Assembly: GCA_040219255.1 (NCBI GenBank)
Contig: JAVJSW010000037.1
Span: forward strand, 160,001-224,000
Direction: 5' to 3'
Origin: Sumerlaeia bacterium
Lineage (GTDB): Bacteria; Sumerlaeota; Sumerlaeia; SLMS01; JAHLLQ01
Length of the DNA: 64,000 bases
The notes below the pieces were generated by a model. It searched no databases. It had not been told where the DNA came from and worked only from the letters and a program-made list of their open reading frames with translations. This document shows, piece after piece, positions 1 to 10,652 of this stretch. The translations under genes were made by a program, and so were the position numbers. The first letter of the stretch is position 1, and each line of letters opens with the position of its first letter.

Positions 1-89
1 CGGCGCTGGCCGAGGGGGTTTCCCCTTGGCCTCAATCAACAACCCGGCGCCATGGTGCTTTTCGAACGGACAAAGGAAACGACGACGCG

Positions 90-2477
90 ATGACTTCCCC
101 CCAATTGACTCCGGTGTTTGCTGGAACCGCTTTTACAAACGATGGCGCGAGCCGTGAAGTGGCTCTCGATCTGGCCACGCCGAGCTGCCTGCGGCTGCGT
201 GTGTCGCGCGGAGCCAGTCTCGGGACCGATGTGTCTTATGCCATCGCGAAAGCCGAGTTCCCCAAGGTGGATGCCCAGGTCACGGAGGAAGACGGCCTGA
301 CCACGATCAAGACTGGCGCCCTGACCGTTACGCTGCGCGACGAGTCGTTCTCGCTCCAGGTCAAGGACCAGTACGGTTTCGTGCGCTACGAGACGGCGGA
401 GAAGGCGCTTTTCCACACGGAGGGCGAACCGCGCAAGGCGAACGAGGACCCGGACCATCTCGGCGGCCTGGGCCTGCGGCGCCTGATGCCGGCGGCGGAA
501 CGGGTCTATGGCCTGGCGGAAACGGGCGAGTCGCTCGATAAGGCCGGCCGGCGCTACGCGCTTTGGAACACCGACGACCCGGTGCACCGCCCCGATCAGC
601 ACTTCTATTGCCAGATCCCGTTTTCGATCCACCTGACCCCCGACGCCAACCCGCCCCACGCGGCGTTTCTGGACAACCCGGGATTCACGGTGCTGGATTT
701 CGGCTATGAGAAGGAAGGCGAAGCCATCTGGCGCGCGGGCACTGGCGATCTGGTGCTGTGGCTGCTGTTCGAAGACTCGCCCAAGGAACTGCTGCGCGCC
801 TGGACGGACCTGACAGGCCGCATCAACCGCCCGCCGATGTGGGCGCTGGGCTATCATCAGTGCCGCTGGTCCTACAATCCGGACGAGCGTTTCCGCGAAC
901 TGGCCCGCGAATTCCGCACGCGCAAGATCCCCTGCGACTGCCTCTACTTCGACATCGATTACATGTATGGCTTCCGGGTGTTCACCTGGGACCCGGTGCA
1001 GTTCAGCCAGCCCTACAAGCTCCTCGCCGAGTTGAAAGACCAGGGTTTCCACACCGTGGCCATCGTCGATCCGGGCGTGAAAATCGACCCGGATTATCAG
1101 GTCTACAAGGACTTCCTCGAACGTGATGGCTTCTTCCTGACCCGCACCGGCGAGACCGAGCCCTACGTCGGCGAAGTCTGGCCCGGCGAGGTTCACTTTC
1201 CCGACTTCACCAACCCGGAGGTCCGCCGGCGCTGGGGCGCGTATCAGGGCACCACGCTCCTGGACCCGGGTGTCGATGGCATCTGGAATGACATGAACGA
1301 GCCCTCGTGCTGGAACGACCCGCGCAAAACGCTGCCGCTCGATGCCACGCACCACGATTTCGGCGTTGGCCGCAGCCACGAAGAAATCCACCAGATCTAC
1401 GGCATGGCCATGGCCCAGGCCTCCTGCGAAGGCATCGAGGCGGAGCGGCCCGACGCGCGGCCCTTCGTCATCACCCGGTCGGGCTGGGCGGGTGTGCAGC
1501 GCTACGCCATGCTCTGGACCGGCGACAACGTTTCGCAGTGGTATTCGATGCCCCTGGACGTGATGACGAACCTGAGCATGGGCATGACGGGGATTCCCTT
1601 TACCGGCTGCGACATCGGCGGTTTCGGCAACGACGCGGACCGCGAGATGTTCGCTCGCTGGATGGAGTGGGGCGTGTTCCAGCCGTTCTGCCGCGCCCAC
1701 AGCGCCATGGGGACGCGCGATCAGGAGCCCTGGGCGTTCGGTCCGGGGGTCGAGCGCATCGCCCGCAAGATGATCGAAATCCGCATGCGGCTCCTGCCCG
1801 CCATCTATACCGCCTTCGTCGAGGCCAGCGAAACCGGCGCGCCCATCAACCGGCCCCTGGTTTACGAGTTCCCCGAAGACGCCACCCTTCACCGGATCGG
1901 CGATCAGTGGATGCTGGGGAGCGACCTTCTCGTGGCGCCGGTGCTGACGCCGGGGGCCGAGCGCCGGCCGGTGTATCTGCCCGCGGGCGAGTGGGTCGAT
2001 TTCTGGAATGGCGAACGGCACCACGGCGCCCGCTGGATCCTGGCCGAGGCCGCCATCGGCCACGTGCCCGTTTATGTCCGCGCCGGAGCCGTGGTCCCCA
2101 TGGCCCCGGTGCGCCAGCACACCGGCGAACCCTGTCCGGAAACGTACCTGGACATCTATCCGGGGGCGAAGCTGTCGGGCCGGCTGGTCGAGGACGACGG
2201 CGCCACCCGCGCCTACGAGCGCGGAGAGGAAGCCCGGTACGCCTTCACAGGCGAGGAAACTGCGGAAGCCCTCCGCCTGACCATCCCCGCACCGCAGGGA
2301 CCCTATCGGTCCGGGCGCGAGCTTTGGGTGTTCCGCCTCCATCGCCAGGACCGCCCGGTGGCCGGCGTCACCGCCAACGGAGAAAACGTTGCGTTTTCCG
2401 CCGAAGGCCCCAGCATCCGTTGGACCGTGCCGGACACGCGGGAAGTTCTCGCCATCGAAGTCCGCTACGGCGCCTAA
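90..2477 (+). CDS. Glycoside hydrolase family 31 (alpha-glucosidase-like)
   Basis: GH31 motifs: WALGYHQCRWSY, DIDYM, GIWNDMNEP (nucleophile), WTGDN, GCDIGGF. Confidence 0.93.
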   Translation: MTSPQLTPVFAGTAFTNDGASREVALDLATPSCLRLRVSRGASLGTDVSYAIAKAEFPKVDAQVTEEDGLTTIKTGALTVTLRDESFSLQVKDQYGFVRYETAEKALFHTEGEPRKANEDPDHLGGLGLRRLMPAAERVYGLAETGESLDKAGRRYALWNTDDPVHRPDQHFYCQIPFSIHLTPDANPPHAAFLDNPGFTVLDFGYEKEGEAIWRAGTGDLVLWLLFEDSPKELLRAWTDLTGRINRPPMWALGYHQCRWSYNPDERFRELAREFRTRKIPCDCLYFDIDYMYGFRVFTWDPVQFSQPYKLLAELKDQGFHTVAIVDPGVKIDPDYQVYKDFLERDGFFLTRTGETEPYVGEVWPGEVHFPDFTNPEVRRRWGAYQGTTLLDPGVDGIWNDMNEPSCWNDPRKTLPLDATHHDFGVGRSHEEIHQIYGMAMAQASCEGIEAERPDARPFVITRSGWAGVQRYAMLWTGDNVSQWYSMPLDVMTNLSMGMTGIPFTGCDIGGFGNDADREMFARWMEWGVFQPFCRAHSAMGTRDQEPWAFGPGVERIARKMIEIRMRLLPAIYTAFVEASETGAPINRPLVYEFPEDATLHRIGDQWMLGSDLLVAPVLTPGAERRPVYLPAGEWVDFWNGERHHGARWILAEAAIGHVPVYVRAGAVVPMAPVRQHTGEPCPETYLDIYPGAKLSGRLVEDDGATRAYERGEEARYAFTGEETAEALRLTIPAPQGPYRSGRELWVFRLHRQDRPVAGVTANGENVAFSAEGPSIRWTVPDTREVLAIEVRYGA

Positions 2478-2522
2478 GCCCCTTTTCGGGGGCGAAATCG
2501 TCCTCGGAAAGACCGCTTGCCC

Positions 2523-3752
2523 ATGAAACCCAGCGACCTGCGCCTGCTACTCGGCGTTTCCAGTTCCATCGCGGCCTACCGGGCGCTCGACCTGGCAAGC
2601 TTGATTGTCAAGGAAGGCGGCCAGGTGCGGGTCGTCCTGACGCCGAACACGGTGAATCTGGTCAGCGCCGCCGCGTTCGAAGCCATCACCGGCCGTCCCG
2701 CCATCGTGTCGTTGTGGGGCAGCGGCCACGAGGGGCAGATGGATCACCTGGGGGCGACGAAGTGGGCGAACGCCTTCGCCGTCGCTCCGGCCACGGCGGC
2801 CACCATCGGGCGGCTGGCGCACGGGCTGGCGGATGACGCTCTGTCCACCTTCGCGGTGGCGTGGCCGGGGGCGCTGGTGATCGCCCCGGCGATGAACCCG
2901 GCGATGTACGGCAACCCGGCGGTGCAGGAGAACCTGCGAACGCTCAGCGACCGCGGCCACGTCCTGATCGAACCGGGGGAGGGGCGGCTGGCCTGCGGAG
3001 ACATCGGCCCCGGGCGGCTCGCGCCGGTCGAGTCGATTCTCGAAACCATCTTGAATCAGGCCAGCCCCACGTCGTCGCCGCTGGCGGGGCGCCGGATCCT
3101 GATTACAAGCGGCCCGACCCGCGAATTCGCCGACCCGGCGCGTTGTATCACAAATCCCTCCACGGGCAAGATGGGCGTGGCGCTGGCGCGGGAGGCGCAC
3201 AGGCTGAAGGCCCGCGTCACCCTTGTCTCCGGACCCTCCGATTTGCCCCTGCCCGACGGCCTGCGCAAAGTGGTCCGCGTCACCACCGCCGAGGAAATGC
3301 GCGATGCCGTCCTGGCGAACATGGAAGAGGCGGAGATTCTGATCTTCGCGGCGGCGGTGTGCGACTGGAAGCCGGCCACTTCGTCCATGACGAAAGCCAA
3401 GAAGGAGGGCGCGGAACCGGAGATGGCGCTGCGCCTGGTGCGCACGCCGGATGTGGCCATGGCGGCCAACGAAGCGCGCCGCCCCGGCCAGTACTTCGTC
3501 GGCTTCGCCGCCGAGAGCCATGACCTGGTGAAGCACGCCCGGGAGAAAATGGAACGCAAGGGCTTCGACTTTGTCGTCGCCAACCCGATCAACGAGGAAG
3601 GCTCCGGTTTCGGTTCGGAGACGAACCGGGCGGTACTGGTCGACGCGCGCAACGAGGAAGACGTGCCGATGACTACCAAGGGCGAATTGGCGGCGGTGAT
3701 TTTGCGCCGGGTCGCCGCCGCCCTCTCCGTCGCCGCAACCGGGCAAGGTTGA
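2523..3752 (+). CDS. coaBC: Bifunctional phosphopantothenoylcysteine decarboxylase/ligase
   Basis: GVSSSIAAY, APATAATI, APAMNPAMY, LACGDIGPGR, ITSGPTRE, NPSTGKMG, VGFAAES; ATG at 2523. Confidence 0.95.
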   Translation: MKPSDLRLLLGVSSSIAAYRALDLASLIVKEGGQVRVVLTPNTVNLVSAAAFEAITGRPAIVSLWGSGHEGQMDHLGATKWANAFAVAPATAATIGRLAHGLADDALSTFAVAWPGALVIAPAMNPAMYGNPAVQENLRTLSDRGHVLIEPGEGRLACGDIGPGRLAPVESILETILNQASPTSSPLAGRRILITSGPTREFADPARCITNPSTGKMGVALAREAHRLKARVTLVSGPSDLPLPDGLRKVVRVTTAEEMRDAVLANMEEAEILIFAAAVCDWKPATSSMTKAKKEGAEPEMALRLVRTPDVAMAANEARRPGQYFVGFAAESHDLVKHAREKMERKGFDFVVANPINEEGSGFGSETNRAVLVDARNEEDVPMTTKGELAAVILRRVAAALSVAATGQG

Positions 3753-3823
3753 CACCTCCCTCCGCAGTTCGGGTAAGAGTAAGCCACTAACTATCCTTAC
3801 GTCTCAAGAGGACAACCCGGCCC

Positions 3824-4204
3824 ATGAAAATCAAAGGTATCAGTGTCGTTTTCTTCTACGTCCGCGATCCCGACCGCTCGAAAGCCTTCTACTCCGACGC
3901 CCTCGGCCTCGGAAAGCCCTTCCTCGATGCGGGCGGTTGGGTGGAGTGGGAACTCAAGGGCGCCAACTTCGCGGTCTTCAAGGGCGGCAGCATCCAGACG
4001 GAAGGCTCCTCGCCGGAGCGCTCCACAACGCGGTTTTCCTTTGAGGTGGATGACATCCAGGCCACCTACGAGGAACTGTTCAAGAAAGGGTTGCACGTCC
4101 TCTCCGAGCCCCAAGAGGGCGAAGGGTTTCACTACGTGGATTTGCGTGACCCCGATAACAACCTCGTGCGCTTTATCCAGTTGACCACAAAAAAAGGCGC
4201 CTAA
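3824..4204 (+). CDS. VOC/glyoxalase family protein
   Basis: VRDPDRSKAFYSDALG ... FEVDDI ... DPDNN pattern; GAGG RBS upstream. Confidence 0.85.
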   Translation: MKIKGISVVFFYVRDPDRSKAFYSDALGLGKPFLDAGGWVEWELKGANFAVFKGGSIQTEGSSPERSTTRFSFEVDDIQATYEELFKKGLHVLSEPQEGEGFHYVDLRDPDNNLVRFIQLTTKKGA

Positions 4205-4276
4205 ACATAGCCATTCGCGCCCGCCGCCTTTTGGTGGCGTGGGCGGAAAATTCCGGGTCTTTTCCACCTCCCTCGC

Positions 4277-5332
4277 ATGAGTTCTCGCTGGAACATCTAC
4301 CACGGTGTGGTTCACGTCCACACAGAAGCCAGCGGGGGAGAGCCCCTAGAGGCGATCATCGAGCACGCCAAAGACGCGGGCCTCGATTTCGTCGTCATCA
4401 CCGATCATAATACCCGCCACTGCGACGCCCCCGTCGATGCCTGGCACGATGGCGTGCTGATCCTCTGCGGCGAGGAAGTGATCTGTCACGACGGCCATAT
4501 GCTGGCTTTCGAAACCCGCGAAGATATCGGCCAGCAGCCCAGCGCCGAAATCGCCATCGAGGAAATCCGCCGCCAGGTCGGCGTCGTCGCCGGCTGCCAT
4601 TATCAGCTCGACATCCCCCACAGGCCCCACCGCATTCCCCGCCCCCTCTCGATGAGCGACGTGGACATCGTGGAAATCTGGTCATTCACCGACGAGTTCC
4701 TGACCCGCGTCCACCCCAGCAAGGTGTTGCAGTATCAGGCCCGCCCCGACCGCGTCATCGTCGGGCCGCCGCGGCCTGTGGTGAAGCGATGGGATATCGA
4801 ACTGGAAAAGCGCCCGGTCTCCGCGATCGGGTCCCTCAACGCCCATAATCGCAAGGAGCCACTGCTCGATTGGAAGGAATTCGTGCCCTTCGAATATTCC
4901 TTCCATACGATTCGCACGGCGGTCATCACGCCGCGGCTGCCGAAATCCTTCCCCCGCGCCCGCGACCTCGTCTGGCAGGCGCTTCGCCGTGGCAACGCCT
5001 TCATCTACAATCGCGCGATCAGCCCCGTCCCCAGCTTTTCCTTCCGCTTCGAAGGTCCGGAAAACGAAGGGTGCCAAATGGGCGAAACCTCCCAATTCGT
5101 CGCCAACGGACGCATGCACATCAGCATCCCTCAACCCGCCGAGATTGTGCTGCGCCACAACTCCCTGCCCGCTTTCTGGACCACCGCTCAGGATCTTTCC
5201 TTTCCCGCTCTCGGCCCCGGCGTGTACCGGGTCGAGGTCTGGCTCGAAGGACGCCTTTGGATTCTCTCGAACGCCATTCGACTGATGGCGACCGAGGAAG
5301 TGCGCCAACCCACCGTTTCCGATTTCACCTGA
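4277..5332 (+). CDS. PHP-domain metal-dependent hydrolase
   Basis: HVHT, AGLDFVVITDHN, GEE, GH motifs; C-terminal GVYRVEV...WILSN. Confidence 0.8.
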   Translation: MSSRWNIYHGVVHVHTEASGGEPLEAIIEHAKDAGLDFVVITDHNTRHCDAPVDAWHDGVLILCGEEVICHDGHMLAFETREDIGQQPSAEIAIEEIRRQVGVVAGCHYQLDIPHRPHRIPRPLSMSDVDIVEIWSFTDEFLTRVHPSKVLQYQARPDRVIVGPPRPVVKRWDIELEKRPVSAIGSLNAHNRKEPLLDWKEFVPFEYSFHTIRTAVITPRLPKSFPRARDLVWQALRRGNAFIYNRAISPVPSFSFRFEGPENEGCQMGETSQFVANGRMHISIPQPAEIVLRHNSLPAFWTTAQDLSFPALGPGVYRVEVWLEGRLWILSNAIRLMATEEVRQPTVSDFT

Positions 5333-5486
5333 ATTCCCGTCGCCCCTCACCAATACGCGGTATCAGGCGCGCAGGTGCTTTCCGCTTGCGGCGCGGGCGA
5401 CGGAGCACCCACGTTTTCGCGGCAGCGCGCCGCGCCCCCAAAGCCGGGGGCCGCGCCACACATTGATTTCGACGAGGTAGTGCTTC

Positions 5487-5987
5487 ATGCCGGCAACGAC
5501 GACCCTTAAGGGCAACCCCTTCAAGCTGGAAGGTACGGAAGTCAAGGCGGGCGATACCGCCCCCAATTTCTCCGCCCATGTCAGCCTGGTGGAGAAGAAA
5601 AGCCTGAGCGATTTCGCCGGCAAGACCACCGTCATTCTGGCCGTTCCCAGCCTCGACACCCCCGTCTGCGATCTGATGGCCAAGCGCTTCAGCGAAGAAG
5701 CCGGCAAGCTGGGCGGCAGCATCAACGTCATCACCATCTCCTGCGACCTGCCCACCGCCCAGAAGCGCTGGTGTGGCGCCGCGTCCATCGACAATCTGGT
5801 CTGCATGTCCGATTACAAGGACCACGAATTCGGCGCCGCCTACGGGACCTTCATCCCCGACCTGGCGGTTCTTTCGCGCGCCGTCTTCGTCGTCGATGGG
5901 GCGGGCAAGCTGATCCACGTCGAGTACGTGCCGGAAATCGCCGATCATCCGAACTACGACGCCGCCCTGGCCGCCGCCAAGGCTTGA
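5487..5987 (+). CDS. tpx: Thiol peroxidase (atypical 2-Cys peroxiredoxin)
   Basis: VPSLDTPVC, ISCDLPTAQKRWCG, EYVPEIADHPNY. Confidence 0.95.
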   Translation: MPATTTLKGNPFKLEGTEVKAGDTAPNFSAHVSLVEKKSLSDFAGKTTVILAVPSLDTPVCDLMAKRFSEEAGKLGGSINVITISCDLPTAQKRWCGAASIDNLVCMSDYKDHEFGAAYGTFIPDLAVLSRAVFVVDGAGKLIHVEYVPEIADHPNYDAALAAAKA

Positions 5988-6059
5988 CCCGGGGCCCCTC
6001 AGGGGGCACTCTCGCCGCCTTTCCCATCTTCGAATCCTTGGAGTTCCAACGCGTTGACC

Positions 6060-6851
6060 ATGACCACCGATGCCCCCGCCGAGACGAAACAAACCGCTGA
6101 AGCGAAAGCCGCCGCGCCCAAGGGCCGCCTCGCTGGCAAAGTCTGCCTCATCACCGGATCGAGCCGCGGACTCGGCCGCGCCATCGCCCACGCCTACGCC
6201 GCGGAAGGGGCCAAGGTGGCGATCTGTGGCCGCGACCGCGAGAGCCTGATGGGCGTGGTGAAGGAAGTCCAAAGCCTGGGCGCCGACTGCCTCGCCGTAA
6301 AGCTCGACCTGGCCGACCGCGAAGACGCCGTCAAACTGGTCGATCAGGTGCAGCGCGCCTTCGGCCGCATCGACGTCCTGGTCAACAACGCCGGCATCCT
6401 CGGCCCCCGCAAGACCATCGCCGATTTCCCGGACGCGGACTGGAACAAGGTCATCGAGACGAACCTGAACAGCGTGTTCTGGGTCACCAAGGAAGCGCTC
6501 GGCAAGATGATCCCCCAGAACTCCGGGTCGATCATCAACGTCAGCAGCGGCGTCGGCCGCACCGCCCGCGCCAAGTGGGGCGCCTACGCCGTCAGCAAGT
6601 TCGCCGTCGAGGGCCTGACCCAGGTGCTCGCCGACGAAGTCAAAGACTACAAGGTGCGCGTCAACAGCGTGAACCCGGGCAAGCTCCGCACCAAGATGCG
6701 CGCGGAAGCCTATCCCGGCGAAGACCCCGCCACCCTGCCCAGCCCCGCCGACGCCACGAACGTCTTTGTGTACCTGGCCAGCGACGCCAGCAAGGGTGTC
6801 TCCGGCGATCAGTTCGAGGCCAAAGACTGGATGGGCCGCGCGGACTTCTAA
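6060..6851 (+). CDS. SDR family oxidoreductase (YciK-like)
   Basis: TGSSRGLG, NNAG, YAVSK, RTKMRAEAYPGEDP. Confidence 0.9.
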   Translation: MTTDAPAETKQTAEAKAAAPKGRLAGKVCLITGSSRGLGRAIAHAYAAEGAKVAICGRDRESLMGVVKEVQSLGADCLAVKLDLADREDAVKLVDQVQRAFGRIDVLVNNAGILGPRKTIADFPDADWNKVIETNLNSVFWVTKEALGKMIPQNSGSIINVSSGVGRTARAKWGAYAVSKFAVEGLTQVLADEVKDYKVRVNSVNPGKLRTKMRAEAYPGEDPATLPSPADATNVFVYLASDASKGVSGDQFEAKDWMGRADF

Positions 6852-6880
6852 GTCCTCTGCCCTCAGTGCGCAACTCAATG

Positions 6881-6915
6881 AAAAGGGCGCTGGCGATTTG
6901 GCCAGCGCCCTTTTT
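6881..6915 (+). terminator. Intrinsic (possibly bidirectional) terminator after the SDR gene
   Basis: AAAAGGGCGCTGGC-loop-GCCAGCGCCCTTTTT. Confidence 0.85.
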
Positions 6916-7001
6916 CGATGCGTTGGCGGGTTGGCCTTTGGGTTGCATTGGAGAGGGGAAAATCGACCTCGAACCATGCAGGCTGTAAGGGAACGACACA
7001 C

Positions 7002-8891
7002 ATGACCACCGAGACGCAGCAGACCGAAACACATGAGTTTCAGGCGGAAATCCGCCAACTTCTCGACATCGTCATCCACTCGCTTTACACGAACCGCGAG
7101 ATCTTCGTGCGCGAGCTCATCTCCAACTCCGCCGACGCGCTGGAGAAGGTGCGCTATCAGCAGCTCACCCATCCGGATATGCCGGACAAGGACGCGCCCC
7201 TCGAGATCAAAATCGCTCTCGATCAGGACGCTCGCACCTTTACGATCACCGACACCGGCGTCGGCATGACGCGCGAGGAGCTGGGCGAGAACCTGGGCAC
7301 CATCGCGCGCTCCGGCACCAAGGCCTTCATGTCGCAGCTCGCCGAAGCCGCGAAGAAGGATGTGAACCTGATCGGCCAATTCGGCGTCGGGTTCTACAGC
7401 TCCTTCATGGCCGCCGACAAAGTCACCGTCCGCACCCGCAGCTTCCACCCCGACGCCACCGGCTGGCGCTGGGAGAGCGAGGGCAAGGGCAGCTATGTGG
7501 TGGCGGAGGACGCCGAGGCACCGCGCGGAACCTCGATCACGCTGCACCTGCGCGAGGACGCCGCCGAATTCGCCGAAGCGGACACGGTGAAAGACGTCAT
7601 CCGCCGCTTCAGCGCCTTCGTGCCCTTCCCGGTTCTCGTTGGCGACGAGCGCGTGAACACCGTCCAGGCCATCTGGAAACGGTCGAAGGGCGAGCTGAGC
7701 GAGGACGACTACAAAGAATTCTATCAGTTCCACGCCAACACCGGCGAGGACCCGTACTATACGCTGCACTTCACCGCCGACGTGCCGTTGGAAATCAACG
7801 CGCTGCTCTATGTGCCGCAGGACACGCTCGAGCGCATGGGCTTTGGACAGACCAAGCCGGGCGTCGATTTGTACTGCCGCAACGTGATGATTATGAAGAG
7901 CCCGGAGGACCTGCTGCCCGAGTGGATGCGGTTCGTGAAGGGCGTCATCGAGAGCGAGGACCTGCCGCTCAACATCAGCCGCGAAACCCTCCAGGACAAC
8001 GGCTTGGTCAAGCGCCTGCGCAAGGTGATCGTCGGCAAATTCCTCCGCTTCCTGGGCGAGCAGGCGGACAACGACGCCGAGAAGTACAAGACTTTCTATG
8101 ACAAGTTCGGCATGTTCCTGCACGAAGGCGTCCGGGGCGATTTCGCCCACCGCGACGACCTGGCGAAGCTGCTTCGCTTCGAATCCAGCAAGTCCGAACC
8201 GGGCGTCCGCACGAGTCTGACGGAGTACCTGAGCCGCATGAAGGACGGACAGGAGCGCATCTATTTCCTGACCGGTCCTTCGCGCGAGGCGATCGAGAAC
8301 GGCCCCTATTTCGAGGCCTTCCGCGAACGCGACGTCGAGGTGCTCTACACCCGCGACGCTTACGAAGACTACACCCTGTCGCAACTGGCGGCCTTCGAAG
8401 AGAAGCCACTGATCAGCGGCGACAGCGACGACCTTCAACTGCCCGGCGACGCCCCGGAACGTGGCGGTGAGGCCCTGAGCGACGAGCAGGCGGGCGAGCT
8501 GTGCGGCTGGATCAAGGAACTGCTCGGCGAGCAAGTGCGCGACGTGAAGGTTTCCAAGCGCCTCGTCGAAAGCCCCGCCGCCGCCACCAGCGCTGGCTTT
8601 GGCATGACCAACGCCATGCAGAAGCTGATGGCGACGCTCAACCGCGACAAGGCCATGGGCGGCATGCCAATGATGGTGCACCTGGAAATCAACCCGCGGC
8701 ACAGCCTGGTGCGGCGCATCGCGTCGCTGAAGGGCGAGAACGAGGGGCTGGCGAAGGATCTGGCCCACGCGCTCTACGATACGGCGATGCTGGCCGCGGG
8801 ACTGGTCAGCGAACCGCAAGAGATGGTCAAGCGGCTCAACGGCCTTCTGGAAAAGGCGGCCGGGGTCGAGAAGAGCCGCATCATTATGTAA
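7002..8891 (+). CDS. htpG: Chaperone HtpG (Hsp90)
   Basis: ELISNSADA, DTGVGM, IGQFGVGFYS, DLPLNISRE, LEINPRH; likely start is the ATG at 7002. Confidence 0.97.
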   Translation: MTTETQQTETHEFQAEIRQLLDIVIHSLYTNREIFVRELISNSADALEKVRYQQLTHPDMPDKDAPLEIKIALDQDARTFTITDTGVGMTREELGENLGTIARSGTKAFMSQLAEAAKKDVNLIGQFGVGFYSSFMAADKVTVRTRSFHPDATGWRWESEGKGSYVVAEDAEAPRGTSITLHLREDAAEFAEADTVKDVIRRFSAFVPFPVLVGDERVNTVQAIWKRSKGELSEDDYKEFYQFHANTGEDPYYTLHFTADVPLEINALLYVPQDTLERMGFGQTKPGVDLYCRNVMIMKSPEDLLPEWMRFVKGVIESEDLPLNISRETLQDNGLVKRLRKVIVGKFLRFLGEQADNDAEKYKTFYDKFGMFLHEGVRGDFAHRDDLAKLLRFESSKSEPGVRTSLTEYLSRMKDGQERIYFLTGPSREAIENGPYFEAFRERDVEVLYTRDAYEDYTLSQLAAFEEKPLISGDSDDLQLPGDAPERGGEALSDEQAGELCGWIKELLGEQVRDVKVSKRLVESPAAATSAGFGMTNAMQKLMATLNRDKAMGGMPMMVHLEINPRHSLVRRIASLKGENEGLAKDLAHALYDTAMLAAGLVSEPQEMVKRLNGLLEKAAGVEKSRIIM

Positions 8892-8963
8892 ACATTTGGG
8901 TTGCGCGCCGGGGGCGAAGGGCGGTGCAAGGGCGGACTTCCTCGCGCCCGCCGTTCCGGACTC

Positions 8964-10652
8964 ATGCATTCCTGGTTTCACAGCGAACCCGCCAAAATCA
9001 TCCGCACGACCCTGATATTGGGGGCGGCTTATCTTCTGTTTGGAATCAGGTCCCAAACGGAAGACGCCAATTCCTATTTGGTGGCCATCGAAACAGGTAA
9101 ACTCCTCTGGAACCCGCATCACATTCTCTATAACCCGTTGATGCGAGCGTTCTGGTTGGCCGCCACGTTTTTTTTGGAAAGCGTCCGGTCTTACCATGTG
9201 GTTTACGTGGTGAACGCTTTCATCAGCGGATTGGCGGTCACGGGATTCCTGTATTGCTGCAACGCGCTGCGTGGGAATCGCGTTACGAGCTTCATCGTGA
9301 CACTCTTATTCGCCTTTTCTCCCGCCTGGGTTCGTTATGTCACGGTGGCGGAGGTTTATCACGCGGCGATCTGCTGCGTAATCTGGGGAATATACTTTTG
9401 GATTCGGGCGCGCGATGATTTTGCCTCGGTCCGAATGTGGTTTCTAAGCGGTGCCTTGATCGGTTTGGGAGGTCTCTTTCACCAAACCGTCGTGCTGGCG
9501 GGTCTGGGGCTGATGGTGGCAACGCTCCTGACTTGGCGTCGGGACAGCTACGATTGGCGTATGGTGGTCGCCTTCGCCGCCGGAGGGATTGTGGTCGCGG
9601 GCGGGGGCAGCATCCTGGGCGCCATCGCTTCCGGGCATTATCCTCCCGTCTCGATTTGGGAGTGGCTGACGGCCATGGGCCGGTCGAATGCCGCGTGGGG
9701 GCGGATCGAGCACTTCTCCGGCGATTGGCCTTCGATTTTCCTCGGCACGGTTTATCAGACGATCTGGGCTTTTCCTTTCAAGAACAGCCTCCTTCGGTTC
9801 CTCTTTCTCGTGCCTTTCGCCGTATTGATTGCAATTGGCATTTGGAAGGATCGCGAGAATCGGACGCTGCATATCGGCTTGAGTGTTTGGTGCCTGATGG
9901 CGTTGGTTTTCGCCTGGTGGTGGGTGCCGTGGAATCGGGAATTCGTGCTGCTGCCGATGGTTGCGATTCTCTTGTCGGCGGGCGCGTCGCTTGGGTTGCT
10001 GGAACAGCAAATCGAGATAACATCCATCCGGTGGATCGTTGCCGTTTCATTGGGATTGTTGGTACTCCTGGCGTTTCCATTCCTGATCTGGAAAGAGTGG
10101 CGCCCAAACACCGAATGGACCACCAAAGGTCTGACGCACTTGGGTACGACTCTGGCCGCCACGGAGGGCGAAGAAGACCACTTCCTGATCGCCGACTACG
10201 CCGCCTACGATGTGCTTTATCTTTATTATCCAGACGACGTTCCAGAGATGGAATGGAGTACCATCCTGACCGAAGAAGGTGCCGCCCGTGTCACCGACGC
10301 CATCCGCCAAGGTCGCATCGTCATCGTCGATGCGTACGCCCTCGGTGCTCCATTCAACGCCCTCCGGGACCCTAAGCACATTGGCGGCATGGACCCGCAA
10401 GTCCGCGCCACGCGGCGATTGCTCGCGGCCTTGTCCGCGGGCCGCGATCTTCCCACCGGCCAACATCCGGTTGCGGAACCCGTCGAGGTCATGGAGAAAT
10501 TACGGGCCTATCGCTTTGCACCGGGCGGCCCATCGGCCCCCGCGCCACAGGTTTACGAACGCCTCCACGGCGACCTGTCCGCGTTGCCGCAGACGGCTGC
10601 CCACGCCGATTATCTGTTGGATCTGGCACAAGAATCAAGGACCACCGAATGA
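8964..10652 (+). CDS. Polytopic membrane protein, GT-C/DUF2723-like putative glycosyltransferase
   Basis: Many hydrophobic segments; PHHILY, FAFSP..W.Y...AEVY and LFHQT resemble GT-C fold proteins; visibly less GC-rich codon usage. Confidence 0.55.
   Translation: MHSWFHSEPAKIIRTTLILGAAYLLFGIRSQTEDANSYLVAIETGKLLWNPHHILYNPLMRAFWLAATFFLESVRSYHVVYVVNAFISGLAVTGFLYCCNALRGNRVTSFIVTLLFAFSPAWVRYVTVAEVYHAAICCVIWGIYFWIRARDDFASVRMWFLSGALIGLGGLFHQTVVLAGLGLMVATLLTWRRDSYDWRMVVAFAAGGIVVAGGGSILGAIASGHYPPVSIWEWLTAMGRSNAAWGRIEHFSGDWPSIFLGTVYQTIWAFPFKNSLLRFLFLVPFAVLIAIGIWKDRENRTLHIGLSVWCLMALVFAWWWVPWNREFVLLPMVAILLSAGASLGLLEQQIEITSIRWIVAVSLGLLVLLAFPFLIWKEWRPNTEWTTKGLTHLGTTLAATEGEEDHFLIADYAAYDVLYLYYPDDVPEMEWSTILTEEGAARVTDAIRQGRIVIVDAYALGAPFNALRDPKHIGGMDPQVRATRRLLAALSAGRDLPTGQHPVAEPVEVMEKLRAYRFAPGGPSAPAPQVYERLHGDLSALPQTAAHADYLLDLAQESRTTE

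Noticed and set aside
5333-5486. Hairpin-rich spacer before tpx (CCGTCGCCC/GGGCGACGG)
   Set aside because: GC-rich pairing with no recognisable motif; insufficient support for an ncRNA
6916-7001. CIRCE heat-shock operator before htpG
   Set aside because: No TTAGCACTC-N9-GAGTGCTAA match
5325-9197. 1290-aa minus-strand ORF opposite tpx/SDR/htpG
   Set aside because: Antisense shadow of strongly codon-biased genes; no recognisable domain
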